Of a DNA stretch of 64,000 nucleotides, positions 59,701-64,000 are shown piece after piece. Under the pieces are notes generated by a model. It was given only the letters and a program-made list of their open reading frames with translations. It was not told the DNA's origin and did not search any database. A program made the translations under genes and the position numbers. Each line of letters begins with the position of its first letter. Within the stretch, counting starts at the first letter, position 1. Location of the stretch: positions 28,520,001 to 28,584,000 of the forward strand of contig JANJGN010000008.1 in NCBI GenBank assembly GCA_026770705.1, given 5' to 3'. Origin of the DNA: Isurus oxyrinchus. Taxonomy: Eukaryota.

Positions 59701-61589
59701 CTTTCCTTCTCCGCCGATGCTGCCGGACCTGCTGAAAGAAGAAGATAAGTTTATTGAAATTATTTCCTGAACAAAACAGAAACTTGGTAAAACACAACCA
59801 CCATTTATATGGTCACACACGTTCATCTGGGCCCACACACATGCACCAGTACAGATGGCAGAGTAAGAGGTCAGGCTTATAGGATTTTTTTTTACAGTTT
59901 GTGAAAGATAAAACAAACGAGTACACGGTTAGCTGTTCCTTGACTGGTCTTGATGCGGTGGTTCAATGTTGCGGCCATTCTGTTCAGCTGCTCTCCTGGG
60001 TGTAATTGAATGGAGCAGATTTCCACATTTTTTGAAAAGATCTTGGTTCACGGTCGGTTTTTCATCTCAGTATGATTGCTTTGCAAACCGGGCACAGCAC
60101 TTCTAAGAGAGAGAGAGAAAGAGTGCATAGCTTCAATCAGCCTGTGTTCAGTACAGCATTGTCTATTTTTTTCTCTCTCTCTTGCTTGGTAAGGCCCTTG
60201 AAGTACTTTGCTTGTTGCATGTTCCAGAGAAATTATATTAGTTCTTGCCTGCTGCAGTTATTGTTTCAGAACAGGTAATTGCACTTAGATGTCTCATCTC
60301 AGAATCATTTGAACACTCTTAGGACGGTGTGAATGGACAGCGGATGGGGTCTTTCATGCTCCTGAGGGGGTTGAGTGTTTGCCTTCACCCCATTTGGTGG
60401 AATGCAAAATTTGGATTTCAGCAGTCTGGGCAGTTTTCCCATTATCTGCCAAGGGTCCCAGTTTTTAAAAATCCAGCCAGTAGGGCTAGATGTTGGGGGG
60501 GGGGGAGGGGTGGAGAATGAATCCATAGACAGATGAGAAAACAAGGATTGAGAAATTTAAAATCAAGGCATTGCCAGACTAGATAGGAAATGGAAGGGAA
60601 TACAAATTATTTTTAACAGTTATATAAACTGCAGATCATTGGCCAGTAAATGGTAAAAAATCCAATGAGTCTTATTTTACAGCTGATGATTTCCCACTTA
60701 ACAAAAGGAAGTATGATTAACAGAAAATGGTCACCATTTTGGGAAGGAAACTGACATTTATGTCAGTTCCACCGCAAGTGGTTAGTTTCTGTAACCACTA
60801 TTATCCAACGTGTGCTTTTTTAATGCGACACTTGGCTTCTGTTTTTAAAAAGTAAGCACAGCAGTTACTTTTCGTTGTCAACCTTAACGATTTTGATGCT
60901 GTCCTTTATTGCACAGAGGTGGAATCAATGGCAGGTTAATAACATTGGTGCTCTGTAATCTATCAGAGGTCAGTATCCTTGGGAGCCTTTTCTTTGACTG
61001 TGAGTCACGTCATTCACATTAGGGAGTTCCATCATGTGAAATGGACAGCAGTATAGAGGAAGAAGTGTCTGGATAGGTAGACAGTGGTAATGAGAAAAAT
61101 AGATAAGCCTGAGTAAGAATCCAAGCAAGACTTCTCATGACCCTCCTTCCCAAGTGGATGTAAGCCAGGCAAAAAGTACACAGATATTTAATTTCTACTG
61201 ATTTATCTGGTCAGGTAGTGCCTGCTTTACATGAAAGCGCTAAACAATGTGCTGCTTAAGGAATGTAAACTTCTGGTGCCAGAAGAGTAACTGAGGAAGC
61301 CAATGGACAGAGTGGAGTTTAAATATGTACAGTAGCAATAGTATACAAGGCCATTAACATCAGACATTCACCATTGCTGTGAACCCATACCTATACTATT
61401 ATTTATCAATTGGTCAAGAGAGCATTGTACAGGTGTCCTAAAATGAACAGATTTTAATGCAAGACTGGTGCATGAGTATTTTTAAGCAGTTTACTTAATT
61501 CATCGGCTTTATGATAGCGTAATAGCTCATAACTTCTTCTAACCTGTTCCTTTAAATAAATATATTTGCTGTAATCTGTTGAAGAAGAG

Positions 61590-61780
61590 AAAAAAGTAGA
61601 AACTTGATAATTATAGGCCTGTTAGATTAATGTCAGTTGTAGGTTCACTCTTAGAATACATAATTCAATGTCTAATTAGTGAGCATTTATAAATTCATGT
61701 GATAATCAAGGACATCAAGTCATGTTTGACAACTTTAATAGAGCTTTTCGAAGAAATGACTGATTGTATAGATAATATGG
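61590..61780 (+). mobile_element. Old CR1/LINE RT fragment
   Basis: aattataggcctgttagattaatgtcagttgtagg (NYRPV.L.SVVG) and aagtcatgtttgacaac (KSCLT). Confidence 0.55.
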
Positions 61781-62564
61781 TCCTTGAGCCTCATCTACAC
61801 ACTCACGTTGGGAGTGGGTGGTAGTGGGAGAGAGCTGCTAGCACCTGCCATGCCTTGACTGAATTTCACACACATTCACAAACACATAAGCGTATAACAG
61901 GCTTGCATGGGCACCCAGCTATAACAACACCTCATGCATACATTTGCCTGCATATATATCTATACCTCCTCCAGTCCACTATGAAGCAGGCCCCTTCTAA
62001 ATGTTTTCTTTTACTCCAGCGTTATACCAAAGATTGTTCTGGTGCATAGTTGGTTTTTATTTAGTCAGCAGAACTTCACAAGGTCCATCAAATCCTTACA
62101 TTCGGGTCTCGAATCTGTGTTCGGTGCTTAGACAATTCAATCGGAATGTGATTCCAAATCATTTCTGTGGCCAGGACAGGAAACATAGTCATGTTCTTTA
62201 CGGTTAGTGCTTTGTTAGGATCAGAGTAGATACTTACCGTTGAAGATTTCAGAAGTTGACAGTACTGTCACACTGTGATAAGTTAGGAGCCTAATACACT
62301 CAGGTAGCAGTTCCTTTTGACTGCAGACACCTGCCTTCTGAGGCAGGCAAAGCACTTAAATATAATGGAAACCACCAAACCACCAAAAGAAACATGATGG
62401 CATGATAACTGGGCAAGAAAACAATTAGGAAGAATAAAATGCTGTTCAGGACTTCAAACATGGGCATTCATTACCAGTCATTAACAATTCAGAAAAAGAT
62501 ATAATGGTTTAACTAAGCAGTACTTCATGTTAACACTGATAAAGAAGCAATAAAACATAGAATG

Positions 62565-63131
62565 TTTGACGTTGGGCGAGCGTCCTGATGTCATTGTGCA
62601 CTTGCGCGATATTTCGGTCAGTGGGCGTGTGCTGAACTCGGAAGCGAGCCCGCTGACAATTAAGAGGGCAATTAAGCCCATTAACGGTGCAATTAACAGA
62701 TTTTTCGTTGCCTGCCCAACGTTATAGTTGGCAAGCGGGCAAGTCGGTCAGGCGGCCTTTGCGTTTTTTAGGAAACCTCATCGTGATAAATTAAATAAAA
62801 ATAATATCCTGTGGACAGCGTTTTCATTACCTACATTTTCAGTTGACTGATCACGAAGCTTGGACCATTTTTTCCGGTTCCTGTGACCTTTATTTTAGGT
62901 TGTTGAGGTCCTCAGCTCCCTGAGGCGGCTCTCTGACTTCAGGGAGCTTTCTGCAAGCACTCGCCTGCTCCCGCGCTGACTCCAGCACCCGCCCTCCTCC
63001 TGTCCCCACCCTGGCAGTGCTGAATCTTTCAGTTAACTGCCCATCCAACATGAAATCACGATCGGGTGCCATTCCCTGGCCACTCCTAGGCCCACCAATC
63101 GTGCCCACATGGTAACCTAAAAATCCACCCC
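62565..63131 (+). mobile_element. MITE family A copy, 5'-truncated
   Basis: gcgatatttcggtc..acaattaagagggcaattaagcccattaacgg is nearly identical to the 45860 copy; ends aaaatccacccc. Confidence 0.75.
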
Positions 63132-64000
63132 AGGATTTATTTTGTGATTCATGATTGAGTCAGAATTGAATTTTCTTTTGGCCTTTAAGGTTATTTCTAC
63201 TCAATAAATATATTTATCTTTGAAACATTAATTTCTAATTTGTTAGCCCCTATAAGACACTTTAAGACAATAGCATGATATGAATTGGAAATTAAAAGTT
63301 TTTTTTCTTTCAAACCTATTTGTTTATTTTTAGGATGAACTGGCAGCTATCAATCCAAGAATTTGATTTCGGTCACTCAGTATTCCAAATTGAACGTATA
63401 CAATTGTTCCTTCCTCATCTCTAGGTCAGAAATCCTGACTACCTGGCCAAATGCCCTTGTGGGTCTATCATTACAAATGGAATTACAGCAGTTCATGAAG
63501 AAGGTCATTCACCACCACTTTGTGACAACTCAGGATGGGCAATAAATGTGTCCTTTCCAGACACCCTGAGAACCAGTTGAGGAAAGGAAAACCAGATCAG
63601 CCTGCAGGGTATCATTATGTAATTAGCTCAATCAGGTTTGCTGCACTTCCAAGAAATTTTCTTTGACATCCATCAATCAAATATAAAGCTGGAGCATCAT
63701 AGCTGCAATGTATTATTGAATATTTAGGTGATGTACTTTTTGGCACTCACCACCGCCACCTTTCCCCCACCCTACCCCCTCACAAATTAAGTATTATTTG
63801 AGCTGTTATGTTGATTTTCAAGAGCAAAGAAGAGGCCCAATTTGAAAGCTAGCAGTTCAGAAAAACACTAACAGTATTTAGGCAGGCAGGCAAAGCTCTG
63901 AGGAGCAGATGAGCATGTGCTGATAGGAAAGACTGGCTGAAAGGTTTTTTTCAAATTTATTCGTTCATGAGATGTAGGCATTACAGGCTAGGCCAACATT

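Larger units (their letters stand above)
58989..59734. mobile_element. Head-to-head inverted pair of Penelope 3' ends flanked by a 14-bp TSD
   Basis: Arms 59067-59385 and 59413-59735 are near-perfect reverse complements; aaagaagaagataa occurs at 58975-58988 and 59735-59748. Confidence 0.9.
58798..60480. mobile_element. Probable solo-LTR-like repeat hosting the inverted Penelope insertion
   Basis: Starts TGTTATGACC; sequence is continuous across the 14-bp TSD; no clear CA right end seen. Confidence 0.35.

Noticed and set aside
59067-59735. miRNA precursor
   Set aside because: The hairpin is far too long and entirely transposon-derived; reported as an inverted Penelope insertion instead.
1-64000. 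Remaining short six-frame ORFs as genes or an operon-like system
   Set aside because: They are TE fragments or random intronic ORFs, often with GTG/TTG starts; only the three TENM2 exons have host-protein similarity and matching splice phases.

Overview
Eukaryotic (vertebrate) genomic DNA, not prokaryotic. The repeat complement (CR1 with esterase ORF1, L2, Deu-domain SINE, Penelope, Harbinger) points to a cartilaginous fish such as a shark; this is an inference. The window lies entirely inside a teneurin-2 (TENM2) gene on the + strand and holds three phase-compatible coding exons: 16991-17107, 41829-42034 and 53806-54001. They encode the end of the TM/juxtamembrane segment, the start of the ectodomain and the RERR furin site. 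The large introns are full of mobile DNA: a nearly intact 5'-truncated Penelope-like element (RT + GIY-YIG), several Penelope 3' tails carrying minimal hammerhead-ribozyme motifs, a long decayed CR1, L2 and SINE fragments, and a set of PIF/Harbinger derivatives (transposase remnant, spliced Myb/SANT ORF remnants, GC-rich MITEs). The most unusual signals are three independent head-to-head inverted pairs of hammerhead-bearing Penelope tails (one young, ~320-bp arms, 14-bp TSD) and a non-canonical CUGYYGA hammerhead core shared by the young copies. I see no convincing wholly new protein-coding system. Family assignments rest on motifs recognised by eye; no database search was run.
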